Source: Patescibacteria group bacterium
GTDB lineage: Bacteria; Patescibacteriota; Minisyncoccia; UBA6257; 2-01-FULL-56-20
NCBI GenBank assembly: GCA_038063755.1
Contig: JBBTUL010000005.1
Coordinates: 1,358 to 45,047, forward strand
Direction of reading: 5' to 3'
Length of the DNA stretch: 43,690 nt
This document shows, one piece after another, positions 8,567 to 17,243 of this stretch. Made by a program: the position numbers and the translations under genes. The notes below the pieces were generated by a model. It saw nothing but the letters and a program-made list of their open reading frames with translations, made no database searches and was not told where the DNA came from. Positions within the stretch are counted from its first letter, which is position 1; every line of letters begins with the position of its first letter.

Positions 8567-10723
8567 ATGGCAAAGAAGAACGGAGAAGAAATCATCGCAA
8601 AAAAAGAAGATCGGAGGGAGAGATTGTCGAGTCGCGAACGAAAGCTCCACCCCGACACGACGAAAAGCATTTGGGGTATTGTTTTTGTTGGCCTTGGAGT
8701 CATCTTCACACTCGCCGGCATTGGGAAGGCTGGCCCCGCAGGAGCATGGACCTATAGCGCGCTTCACGCGCTTCTTGGTGTTGGATATTTCATTTTTCCG
8801 CTTACGCTTTTTTTCGCCGGCGCAGTCTTCTTCAAGACGGAACGCGATCGCTTTGTCGGAACAACTCTTTTCGGAGCGCTTTTTGTGATCCTCTCTGTTT
8901 TGGGACTTATTGATATTGCCGCAGCCGGTCGCGGTGGCTGGCTTGGTCGCGCCCTGGGATCACTCCAGGCACCATTCGGAATAGTCGGTGCCGCGGTATT
9001 AAACGGCGTGGTCCTCATTGTCGCCGTATTGGTAACCGCGAATACGCCTCTTCGAATTCCAAGAAGAAAACCAAAAGAATCTCCTGCCGGAGAAGTAATT
9101 CCAGTAATTGCGAACGGAAAAGAAATAAAGGAAGAAAAAAATGAAGGAGAAAGAAAAGAAAAAAACGATGCGGTTGTTGTCGCCGAGTCGAAAGGAAAAG
9201 AGAGAACAAGCACTCCGGCATTCGTTCCTCGAGTGAAAAGCTCCGCACAGGGATATGTCTATACGCCGCCGCCGCTTTCTCTCTTGCAGTCGGGAACCGA
9301 GCACCCCACGACCGGGGACCTCAGGGCAAACGCGAACATCATCAAGCGAACACTTGAGGGATTCGGCATCCCCGTCGAAATGGGAGAAATAAACATTGGC
9401 CCAAAGGTCACGCGCTACACCCTAAAACCCGCGGAGGGCATGAAGCTTTCGAGGATCGTTGCTTTAAATCAAGACCTCTCGCTTGCCCTCGCCGCACACC
9501 CCATCCGCATTGAGGCTCCTATTCCTGGAAAATCATTCGTGGGGGTCGAAGTCCCGAACAAAGCCGCGGCGCTCGTTCGCCTCGGGAGCCTTATGGGATA
9601 TAAAGATTTCGCCACCACCGGACCGCTTGGGTTCATCCTCGGACGCGATGTTACCGGAGAACCAATCTTCGCGAACATCGAAAAGATGCCCCATCTTCTT
9701 GTAGCCGGAGCCACCGGAAGCGGAAAGTCTGTCGTTATACACTCGCTCATTATTTCGCTTCTCTATAAAAATTCGCCGGAGACACTACGTCTCGTTCTAG
9801 TCGATCCAAAGCGTGTCGAGCTTTCGATATACGAAGGGATTCCTCATTTGGTAAGCCCCGTAATTACCGAAAACAAAAAAGCGATAGGGGTGTTGCGCTG
9901 GGCAATAAGCGAAATGGAACGCCGATATGACGTACTCTTGAAGGCCGGCAATCGAGATGTGAAAAGCTATAACGCAAGCCACGAAAAAGATCCGCTTCCC
10001 TACCTCCTTATCGTTGTCGACGAACTCGCTGACCTCATGGCCTCATACGGACGAGAAGTCGAGGGATCAATCGTTCGCCTGGCACAGATGGCAAGAGCAA
10101 CGGGGATCCATTTGATCCTTTCGACCCAACGCCCATCCGTTGAAGTTATTACCGGACTCATCAAGGCAAACATCACGAGCCGCATCGCACTCCAAGTAGC
10201 AAGCCAAGTAGATTCGCGCACCATTCTGGACGCCGCCGGCGCCGAAAAACTTTTGGGAGGAGGAGACCTTCTTTTCGTAAGCGCAGAACTCTCGCAGCCT
10301 CGACGCATCCAGGGTGCCTACATCGGAGAAAATGAAATCGTGAAAGTCGCTGGATTTATCCGAGAGAACAACGAATCTCTCATACTCGGAAGCGATGACG
10401 TCGCGCTTTCGATCCCGCAAGCGAAAGGCATCCCCGGTTCGGTTGAAGTCACGCAATCAAACGGCAATGTTTTTGATGAATTTCTCGAAGATGGAGATGA
10501 TGAGATGTACGAAGAGGCGGTTCGAGTTGTGGCGCAGGCCAAAAAAGCATCTGCTTCGCTTCTTCAAAGGCGTCTTTCGGTGGGCTATGCCCGCGCCGCA
10601 CGCCTCCTTGACCTTATGGAGGAGAGGGGCATTATAGGACCAGGGGAAGGCGCGAAGCCTCGCGAAGTCTTCCTCGAAAAAATCGAAAGTGGCGAAATGT
10701 ATATAAACGAAACCGAAGAATGA
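8567..10723 (+). CDS. ftsK: DNA translocase FtsK
   Basis: N-terminal TM segments, PHLLVAGATGSGKS, VDPKRVEL, VVDELADLM, STQRPS and gamma domain SLLQRRLSVGYARAARL. Confidence 0.96.
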   Translation: MAKKNGEEIIAKKEDRRERLSSRERKLHPDTTKSIWGIVFVGLGVIFTLAGIGKAGPAGAWTYSALHALLGVGYFIFPLTLFFAGAVFFKTERDRFVGTTLFGALFVILSVLGLIDIAAAGRGGWLGRALGSLQAPFGIVGAAVLNGVVLIVAVLVTANTPLRIPRRKPKESPAGEVIPVIANGKEIKEEKNEGERKEKNDAVVVAESKGKERTSTPAFVPRVKSSAQGYVYTPPPLSLLQSGTEHPTTGDLRANANIIKRTLEGFGIPVEMGEINIGPKVTRYTLKPAEGMKLSRIVALNQDLSLALAAHPIRIEAPIPGKSFVGVEVPNKAAALVRLGSLMGYKDFATTGPLGFILGRDVTGEPIFANIEKMPHLLVAGATGSGKSVVIHSLIISLLYKNSPETLRLVLVDPKRVELSIYEGIPHLVSPVITENKKAIGVLRWAISEMERRYDVLLKAGNRDVKSYNASHEKDPLPYLLIVVDELADLMASYGREVEGSIVRLAQMARATGIHLILSTQRPSVEVITGLIKANITSRIALQVASQVDSRTILDAAGAEKLLGGGDLLFVSAELSQPRRIQGAYIGENEIVKVAGFIRENNESLILGSDDVALSIPQAKGIPGSVEVTQSNGNVFDEFLEDGDDEMYEEAVRVVAQAKKASASLLQRRLSVGYARAARLLDLMEERGIIGPGEGAKPREVFLEKIESGEMYINETEE

Positions 10724-11382
10724 CAAACATTGAATTCTCACAATTGCTCCAGGAGAAAATTAAGGAACGAGGGTACACCCTAAAACAACTTGCGGAAGCA
10801 ACAGGCGTCTCGCCTGCTCATCTTGAGAATCTAAGCCATGGAAGATTTGAAAAACTTCCTCCGGCTCCATATCTTCACGGGTATCTTGAAAAAATCGGTC
10901 AAGCACTCGGTTTTGATCCGGAGCCTTGGTGGCAGGAAATGAAACGCCACGAAGACCTGCGCCAGTCGGGGCAAAAAGATCGCCTACCAGATAGCCGCTT
11001 TTTCAAAAAACCAGAGCGTTCATGGATTTTTGGCGCCGGGATTGTCGTGCTTGTTATTTTTTATGCCGGTTTTCGATTCTCTGCAATCCTTGGCCGGCCG
11101 CTCCTTACCGTTTATGATCCGAGCGACGCGACAACGGAAACCGGTGTCGAACGCTTTGCTGTCCGAGGAGTGGTGCAAAATGGAGACGTGTATATAAACA
11201 ATGAGGCAGTCACCCCACAAAAGGACGGCTCGTGGGAAAAAGAAGTGCTCCTCGAGAGCGGCTTGAACACCATTGAGATCCGAGCAAAAAAACTTCTCGG
11301 CCGCGAAAATGTTGTAGTGCGACAGATTATTTTTTCGCCTCCGGTAGAAAATCTCACCCCGGAAAGTGCCTCGTCGCAATAA
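10720..11382 (+). CDS. RodZ-like HTH membrane protein with C-terminal Ig-like domain
   Basis: N-terminal XRE HTH (LPPAPYLHGYL), one TM, LESGLNTIEIRA beta-domain; overlaps the ftsK stop codon. Confidence 0.75.
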   Translation: MTNIEFSQLLQEKIKERGYTLKQLAEATGVSPAHLENLSHGRFEKLPPAPYLHGYLEKIGQALGFDPEPWWQEMKRHEDLRQSGQKDRLPDSRFFKKPERSWIFGAGIVVLVIFYAGFRFSAILGRPLLTVYDPSDATTETGVERFAVRGVVQNGDVYINNEAVTPQKDGSWEKEVLLESGLNTIEIRAKKLLGRENVVVRQIIFSPPVENLTPESASSQ

Positions 11383-11449
11383 GAAGTTCGGTTTTTATAA
11401 TCTATAAAACAAAAGACCCCGCAGAAATGCGGGGCGTAAACCATTTCAA

Positions 11450-11896
11450 CTACCTTTCCGGTAGAAAATCCAGATAGTGCTTTCCTCTGAACTTGTCGGA
11501 AAAGAGAACTGCGGCCGGAGCAATAACCCTCTCAAAATCACGCTCGCAAATAGAAACATCCGAATGTAATTTTAGCTGATCCTCTTCCGGGAGATAAGTT
11601 TTTGCTACCCCCAACGTTCGGCGAGCAAAGTCTCGGTATGATCTCTCCAGATACCGAGCTCGAAGCTCAAGAAGTCGAGTTATTCCGCGGGCAAGATTCT
11701 CGTCCTTGAGCATTTCCTGTCGATATCTCCTCAACGTCTTCGTTCCGTAGTACGTCCTACGAAACTCCTTCCGAATTTCTCGCATGGCCCGGTCCTTGGG
11801 GGCCGTCGGCTGTGCAAAAAAATACTCAAGAGAAGCGGTGAGTGCTATTCCAAGAATAACGATCGCCATTCCAAGAATAAAGAGCTTGGTCGTCAT
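11450..11896 (-). CDS. Hypothetical single-pass membrane protein (orphan family A)
   Basis: ATG 11896 follows AAAGGAG; N-terminal TM; C-terminus YLDFLPER. Confidence 0.7.
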   Translation of the reverse strand: MTTKLFILGMAIVILGIALTASLEYFFAQPTAPKDRAMREIRKEFRRTYYGTKTLRRYRQEMLKDENLARGITRLLELRARYLERSYRDFARRTLGVAKTYLPEEDQLKLHSDVSICERDFERVIAPAAVLFSDKFRGKHYLDFLPER

Positions 11897-11999
11897 TCCT
11901 GCTCCTTTGTCAGAAAAACTACTAACCATCTTTTACCACACGGCGAAGAATATCGTCAAGCAAAAAAAATAAAACCACGCATTTCAGCGTGGTGTGCCA

Positions 12000-12515
12000 C
12001 TACCTTTTCGGTAGAAAATCCAGATATGATGTCTTGTCGTCAAAACAATAAGGGAATCCCGCCTTCGCTCGCCTCAGGAGTCGGTTGAACTTCTTGTAGC
12101 GCAAACGAATCTGCTCTGCAAGAACATCCTCCTCGTACCCAAGTCGTGCAAGCTCTTCAACCCCACACGATTCGGTCTCTTCGCGAAGCTTCGCGTGCCG
12201 ATCCAGCGCCCCCTTTAGGATGAGGGAGCGGTGCACGAGGTCTGCCCGAACAGAAGAAAGCAGGAAGCGCCAACCATCCAGGTTCTTGCTCCGTAGAGAT
12301 ACCCAAAACTCGCGAGCTAACCGAATGCGCCGGATCTTGAGCAGAAAACGAGCCACAGACGAAGAAGGTTCCTTCGCTAAGTCTTGGAGGATGGGAATGA
12401 TGAATGCCAGAGCCACAAGAAAACAACTGATAGATAGCCCGAGAAATACCACAAACAAAACCGGGTCATGAAATACGCGCTCAAAAGAATCGTCGAAATG
12501 CCCTAGCCTCATCAT
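12000..12515 (-). CDS. Hypothetical single-pass membrane protein (orphan family A)
   Basis: N-terminal TM; C-terminus YLDFLPKR; 3' nucleotide end nearly identical to that of the neighbouring gene. Confidence 0.7.
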   Translation of the reverse strand: MMRLGHFDDSFERVFHDPVLFVVFLGLSISCFLVALAFIIPILQDLAKEPSSSVARFLLKIRRIRLAREFWVSLRSKNLDGWRFLLSSVRADLVHRSLILKGALDRHAKLREETESCGVEELARLGYEEDVLAEQIRLRYKKFNRLLRRAKAGFPYCFDDKTSYLDFLPKR

Positions 12516-12593
12516 TCCTTTTCCTTTTTCTCTAAAGCTACTGCCTTTCTTTTACTCCGAACCCTTCTTCCTTGTCAAATAAAAACCGAAAAA

Positions 12594-13028
12594 CTAATAA
12601 AGAATTTTTTCTAAAACTACTGTCGCGAGAAATCCGAAAAGCACCCCGGTTGCTATGTCGAAAAAAGTATGCCCAGATATATCGAGCACTCTCTTTTCAA
12701 TGCTTGCGGCGCCGCTAGCCGGATTTTTAAAGTTGAATATTTTTTTGCGTATTTCCTCTCGCTCTCTGTCCGCAACGAGGTTATACATCAAAATAATCGC
12801 GGTAATTGCACAAAATACGAAAAGTGGCGCCGTTCCGACTTCTCGATAGACAAAATAAAGCGAGGAGACGAGAATAGCCGAATGCGCACTTGGCACCCCT
12901 CCCGCCCAAAGGTAAACCCACAGGGCTCTTTTGTCTAAGTCTTTACTGTCGCTTGAGGCCAATCGTAAAAAGAACTTCGCGGTCTGACAAAGGACATAAA
13001 CGATGAAAACGATTAATATCTGGTTCAT
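12594..13028 (-). CDS. Divergent PAP2 / DUF212-like membrane protein
   Basis: GGVPSAHSA and GHTFFDIATG motifs with TM helices. Confidence 0.8.
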   Translation of the reverse strand: MNQILIVFIVYVLCQTAKFFLRLASSDSKDLDKRALWVYLWAGGVPSAHSAILVSSLYFVYREVGTAPLFVFCAITAIILMYNLVADREREEIRKKIFNFKNPASGAASIEKRVLDISGHTFFDIATGVLFGFLATVVLEKILY

Positions 13029-13132
13029 TATGGTGTGGGATAAGTATAAATCGGTTTTGAAAAAAATCCGAGGACGGTTAAAAACTTCAAGCTCCGGTTT
13101 TTAGGCCGGAGCATTTGCTGCAATTACTGCTG

Positions 13133-13741
13133 CTACTGCACCTGGAGCGGGCACTCGGCAGAGAGTGCCGTGCCGAGTTCAAGGAATGTCAAGGCGAAAA
13201 ACATCTCCACCTCGACAGCTCGTCGAGTTAGTTTCTCGACGACCTTCGATACTGCTGGCGGGAAGAACATCCCGCCGGAAAACTGGAGGCTCACCTGCCC
13301 TCCAGAGACCTCCGTCCCGATATCCCGTAGGAGCGGGCTCTGAGACACCCGTTCCGCAGCTCCGTCGAGCCGATGAGCGGCCCGACGGAAGCAGGGAATC
13401 TCCTCCTTGCGGAGGAGTTCCCCCCGAAGCCGGTCGAGCAAACTCCACGGGACCCGCCGCGAACGCGACGCGACGGGGCGAAAGACAACCCACGCCGAAC
13501 CGTCGGTTCGTTCGGCGAGCCGGACAATCGTCGCCCCAGGGCGAATCCCGGCTCGCCACGCCGGCGAGCCGAGGACGACAAAACGAACAATGTCGCCCTC
13601 GCTGTCTGCCCCCATCCCGAAGGATGGCTGCAGAAGGCCGTGGGCGAGAGCCTTCGCGAGCTCGTCGCCGGCCGCCGCCTCCGCCGAAACGGTGCCTCCA
13701 AAAAGAAGGAGGCCGACAATCACCATCATCATGATTCGCAT
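13133..13741 (-). CDS. Secreted protein with PDZ-like segment
   Basis: AGGAGGAGG SD before ATG 13741, signal peptide ending AEA, VVLGSPAWRAGIRPG PDZ-like motif; visibly GC-rich. Confidence 0.65.
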   Translation of the reverse strand: MRIMMMVIVGLLLFGGTVSAEAAAGDELAKALAHGLLQPSFGMGADSEGDIVRFVVLGSPAWRAGIRPGATIVRLAERTDGSAWVVFRPVASRSRRVPWSLLDRLRGELLRKEEIPCFRRAAHRLDGAAERVSQSPLLRDIGTEVSGGQVSLQFSGGMFFPPAVSKVVEKLTRRAVEVEMFFALTFLELGTALSAECPLQVQ

Positions 13742-13903
13742 TCGCCTCCTCCTTTCGGAAAAGAAACTGCTTTTCACTTTTTTCTACGCTGTTTTCATGC
13801 TACCACTTATTAAGCTTTTGTCAAGTGTTGTTTCCTCCTCTTGACGCGCTGGCGTTTTTGGTACATCCTATCGAAAGCAATCGCACTTGAACTCGGAGGA
13901 TCG

Positions 13904-14110
13904 ATGAGCCAGAGTTCTGGAGGCATTTCCGTCATTGGATTTATCGTTTTCCTTTCTCTGCTTACGGGTATTTCCGCTGGGCTCGCGCTCAAAAACGTTC
14001 TTGCCGCGCCCGCGATTTTTTTTGGCCTGATTACCGTCATAGTTGGTATTGCGACGGCGCTTGAGGAAGTCGGAGAAATGATCGCCAAGGCGATCCGAGA
14101 AAAGAAGTAA
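13904..14110 (+). CDS. Small two-TM membrane protein
   Basis: GGAGG SD before ATG 13904, two hydrophobic helices, and terminator GAGCAGC-taag-GCTGCTC-T7 at ~14122-14146. Confidence 0.65.
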   Translation: MSQSSGGISVIGFIVFLSLLTGISAGLALKNVLAAPAIFFGLITVIVGIATALEEVGEMIAKAIREKK

Positions 14111-14212
14111 CTCCCTTGATCGAGCAGCTAAGGCTGCTCTTTTTTTATCCGAAAATTGTAGACGGCAAACAAAAAAACCGGCGATGTGCCGGTAATGTTT
14201 TCCCGATCGTTC

Positions 14213-14770
14213 TTATGCGCCCAACATGCCCAACTTCAGAAAATCATCGAACGAACGAATGTTGTTTCCGAAATCATCCGGAAATGCCCTCCCTGCAAGA
14301 CGAAGGTACTTCATAAATTCTCGCTCCATCTCCTGAAGATCAAACTCCATCTGGTCATGCTCCACCCGAAGGCGCCACGCATCAGGCGCACCCATCGAAG
14401 AGATGCCAACGAGCTTTTCCTCCTTGAACTTCCCGAAGTCCTCACGCTTCAGCTGAACGGCAAGCGCCCCCGCGAGAAGGACGAGCCACGCAAACAAGAC
14501 TTTAGAGGAATATGGGTCATCCTTTGCCTTTACGAGATGCCGGAATACCTCTGGTGCTGACTCGAAGGCAACGGTCCCTCCATCTTCTAACATCTGTCTC
14601 GCCCGGGAAAGCGCCTCTTCGTCTGCGCCGAACTCCTTGAGCAACTTTTTTTCCGCTCTTTTCCTTGAGCGCTCATTAAGGGCGGCGTTCGCCCGAGGAA
14701 GAAGGTATAGAGCAACCGCCATGATTGTCCAAGCGGAAAATAGCGCGACAAGGGTCCAGGCAATGGCCAT
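14213..14770 (-). CDS. Hypothetical single-pass membrane protein (distant orphan family A member)
   Basis: AGGAGG SD before ATG 14770, N-terminal TM, C-terminal AFPDDF...SFDDFL; own terminator at ~14170-14193. Confidence 0.7.
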   Translation of the reverse strand: MAIAWTLVALFSAWTIMAVALYLLPRANAALNERSRKRAEKKLLKEFGADEEALSRARQMLEDGGTVAFESAPEVFRHLVKAKDDPYSSKVLFAWLVLLAGALAVQLKREDFGKFKEEKLVGISSMGAPDAWRLRVEHDQMEFDLQEMEREFMKYLRLAGRAFPDDFGNNIRSFDDFLKLGMLGA

Positions 14771-14976
14771 CTTTCGCCTCCTATTTGCGGTCGATTTGTG
14801 CCACAAAGACCATACCACAAAAACAAAAACGGGCAAGGCCCCTGTTCGCTTTTAGAAAAAACTTCTGCCTTTATGGGTTCCGAAAAAATCGCTCTGCTCG
14901 AAAGACGGTTTTATCCGAATTTTTTCCCTAGTTTTCCATCATTTTTTTCTTAAGTTTTTGGTGGTACAATGTTCGC

Positions 14977-16020
14977 ATGCCAAAGAAAACACATCCAGAA
15001 AAGCAATCAAAAGAAGAATCGAAGGCTGGCCTAAATAGCCTTCTCGAATCCCTCCGCGATAAATTCGGAGAGGGATCAATTATGACCCTCGGGGAGGCAA
15101 GGAGAACAAACGTTTCCGTCGTTCCTACCGGATCTTTTTCGCTCGATATCGCGCTTGGCGTTGGCGGACTCCCGAGGGGACGCGTTGTTGAAATTTTCGG
15201 GCCCGAATCAAGTGGCAAAACAACCCTTGCGCTTCACGTGGTTGCCGAAGCACAGAAACAGGGCGGCAGGGCGGCTTTCATCGACGCAGAACATGCGCTC
15301 GACCCCGACTACGCGGCCCGGCTCGGAGTCAAGATTAACGAACTTTTGATTTCACAACCCGACAACGGAGAAGAGGCGCTTAATATTTTGGAAAGTCTCG
15401 TGCGGTCGAATATGATTTCTGTCGTCGTAGTCGACTCCGTTGCGGCGCTTACGCCTCGCGCAGAAATCGAAGGAGAAATGGGAGCGCAGTTCATCGGTCT
15501 CCAAGCGCGCATGATGTCTCAGGCGCTTCGAAAACTCACCGCAATCGCGGACAAATCGCAAACGCTTATTATTTTCATCAATCAAATCCGTATGCAGGTC
15601 GGCGTCTTCTTTGGAAATCCAGAAACGACGCCCGGAGGAAAAGCACTCAAGTTCTATTCCTCGGTTCGCATCGACGTGCGCCGCACCGCGCAAATCAAAA
15701 AAGGTGAGGAGGTCGCGGGAAGTCGCGTAAAAGCGAAAGTTGTGAAAAACAAAGTCGCTCCTCCGTTCCGCGTTGCGGAATTCGATATCATGTACGGAGA
15801 GGGAATCTCGTACGAAGCAGATGTTCTAAATACCGCCGTAAAAGTCGGTGTGGTAACAAAGTCCGGAGCAAGCTATACCTTCGAGGGAGAAAAACTCGGA
15901 AACGGATTCGAGAACGTCCGCCAGAAGCTTAAGGAAGACAAAAAGCTTCTTCAGGTTATGGCAAAAAAAGCTGAAGCCGCACGTCCGTCTATCGCCGCCG
16001 CCACTACCGAGGTTGAATAG
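14977..16020 (+). CDS. recA: Recombinase RecA
   Basis: [42 protein letters not shown] and KNKVAPPF. Confidence 0.98.
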   Translation: MPKKTHPEKQSKEESKAGLNSLLESLRDKFGEGSIMTLGEARRTNVSVVPTGSFSLDIALGVGGLPRGRVVEIFGPESSGKTTLALHVVAEAQKQGGRAAFIDAEHALDPDYAARLGVKINELLISQPDNGEEALNILESLVRSNMISVVVVDSVAALTPRAEIEGEMGAQFIGLQARMMSQALRKLTAIADKSQTLIIFINQIRMQVGVFFGNPETTPGGKALKFYSSVRIDVRRTAQIKKGEEVAGSRVKAKVVKNKVAPPFRVAEFDIMYGEGISYEADVLNTAVKVGVVTKSGASYTFEGEKLGNGFENVRQKLKEDKKLLQVMAKKAEAARPSIAAATTEVE

Positions 16021-16151
16021 TCCTCGCCTTCTTCTGGTCTACTCGCACCCTGAGCGTTCTTGGGCGAAGTGCAAGACTCGGCTTGGTGACCCGAAGTGCT
16101 AAAACAATAATGCGGAGGGTTTCTTACGGTAAAAAAACTATTACGGAAACA

Positions 16152-17234
16152 CTAAAGCCTTGCGGCGGCCTGTTTTACGCTCTCCTCGTTCGTTCCTAAT
16201 ATGAAATATTCCGTCCCAAACCAACCATACAGAAACACGCTCTTCGATGGCTCGAAGGGAATGATTCGTACCGGCTGTCCTCCGACCTGCCCGTCCTTAA
16301 ATGCCGCACCCGGCTCTCCCGGATTAGTAAGGAAAAATCCTGCGAATATAGACGGCGAACTCTCAATTTTCGCAGCCTCTCTTTGAAGAAGAATAGGAAC
16401 TTTCCCGCCCGAAAGCTTCAAGATATATCCCGGCCATAAGGAGCTCCCGTCACGGTAGATAAAAAGAGTAAAATCTTTCTCAAAATTATCCTGGAAAAAC
16501 TTGAGCGCAAGCGCCGAGTTTATGCGAGGAGAATAGTCCGTCCACGAAACACCGCTCCCGTCGGTATGTTGCGGCACAACTTCGAAAAACCCCTCCCCGA
16601 GAGCGGCACCCCTTGAAAGCTCGGCGAGAGAGTTCATGAGCGTTCCCGTTGCAGTATCAATATCCCACGTTACACGCTGGAGAGATGTCTTGAAAAATGA
16701 TCTATGTGACAACCTATCGCTTCCGCCCGGCTGATTCTGCGGCACATTGTCCGGCAGGGGCTGCTCTCCGGATGGCGGTTGGATGGCAGGAACCTTTTCT
16801 TGGGAAACGAAAAGCGGATAAAGGAAAAAACCGATCGCAAAAAGAATCGCTGCTCCCACTATTCCTCCCAAAAGATAGAGCACCAAAGAAGATTGTTTTG
16901 GCGCTTGGGGTATTATTTTCGGCGACTCGTTTCCGCCTGCGGTAGTCTGGGGAAAAACCTTCTCGGCCTGCGTTGGTGGTGTATATGCGGGAGGCGTAAA
17001 AGACGGTGGTGGCGTTGCGATCGGTTTTGGGCGCACCTCGCTCTCCGTAGAAAGTGAAACGGAGATTCGCTCTGGAGTAGAAAGAGTTCCTCCACCCTTC
17101 CCCATAAGCTCAATGTCTGTTTGGAGCGTGCGAATAGTTACCTCGGCAGACGAGGAGGGAACTTGTGGCTGAGATGAGGGGACCGTCTCTGAGGCGCGGC
17201 TTCCTTTTCTCAGGCTGTATGAACTAGGCTCCAT
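16152..17234 (-). CDS. Hypothetical membrane-anchored protein (Pro/Ser-rich N-terminus, one TM)
   Basis: 360-aa ORF starting 9 nt after the pnp stop codon. Confidence 0.8.
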   Translation of the reverse strand: MEPSSYSLRKGSRASETVPSSQPQVPSSSAEVTIRTLQTDIELMGKGGGTLSTPERISVSLSTESEVRPKPIATPPPSFTPPAYTPPTQAEKVFPQTTAGGNESPKIIPQAPKQSSLVLYLLGGIVGAAILFAIGFFLYPLFVSQEKVPAIQPPSGEQPLPDNVPQNQPGGSDRLSHRSFFKTSLQRVTWDIDTATGTLMNSLAELSRGAALGEGFFEVVPQHTDGSGVSWTDYSPRINSALALKFFQDNFEKDFTLFIYRDGSSLWPGYILKLSGGKVPILLQREAAKIESSPSIFAGFFLTNPGEPGAAFKDGQVGGQPVRIIPFEPSKSVFLYGWFGTEYFILGTNEESVKQAAARL

Positions 17235-17243
17235 AGCCTCATT

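Noticed and set aside
13165-13844. Several long overlapping ORFs around the PDZ-like gene
   Set aside because: High local GC content depletes stop codons; only the SD-led minus-strand frame looks protein-like.
16040-16105. CIRCE half-site AAGTGCTAA after recA
   Set aside because: There is no partner half-site at the right spacing and it lies between convergent genes; a degenerate palindromic repeat explains it better.
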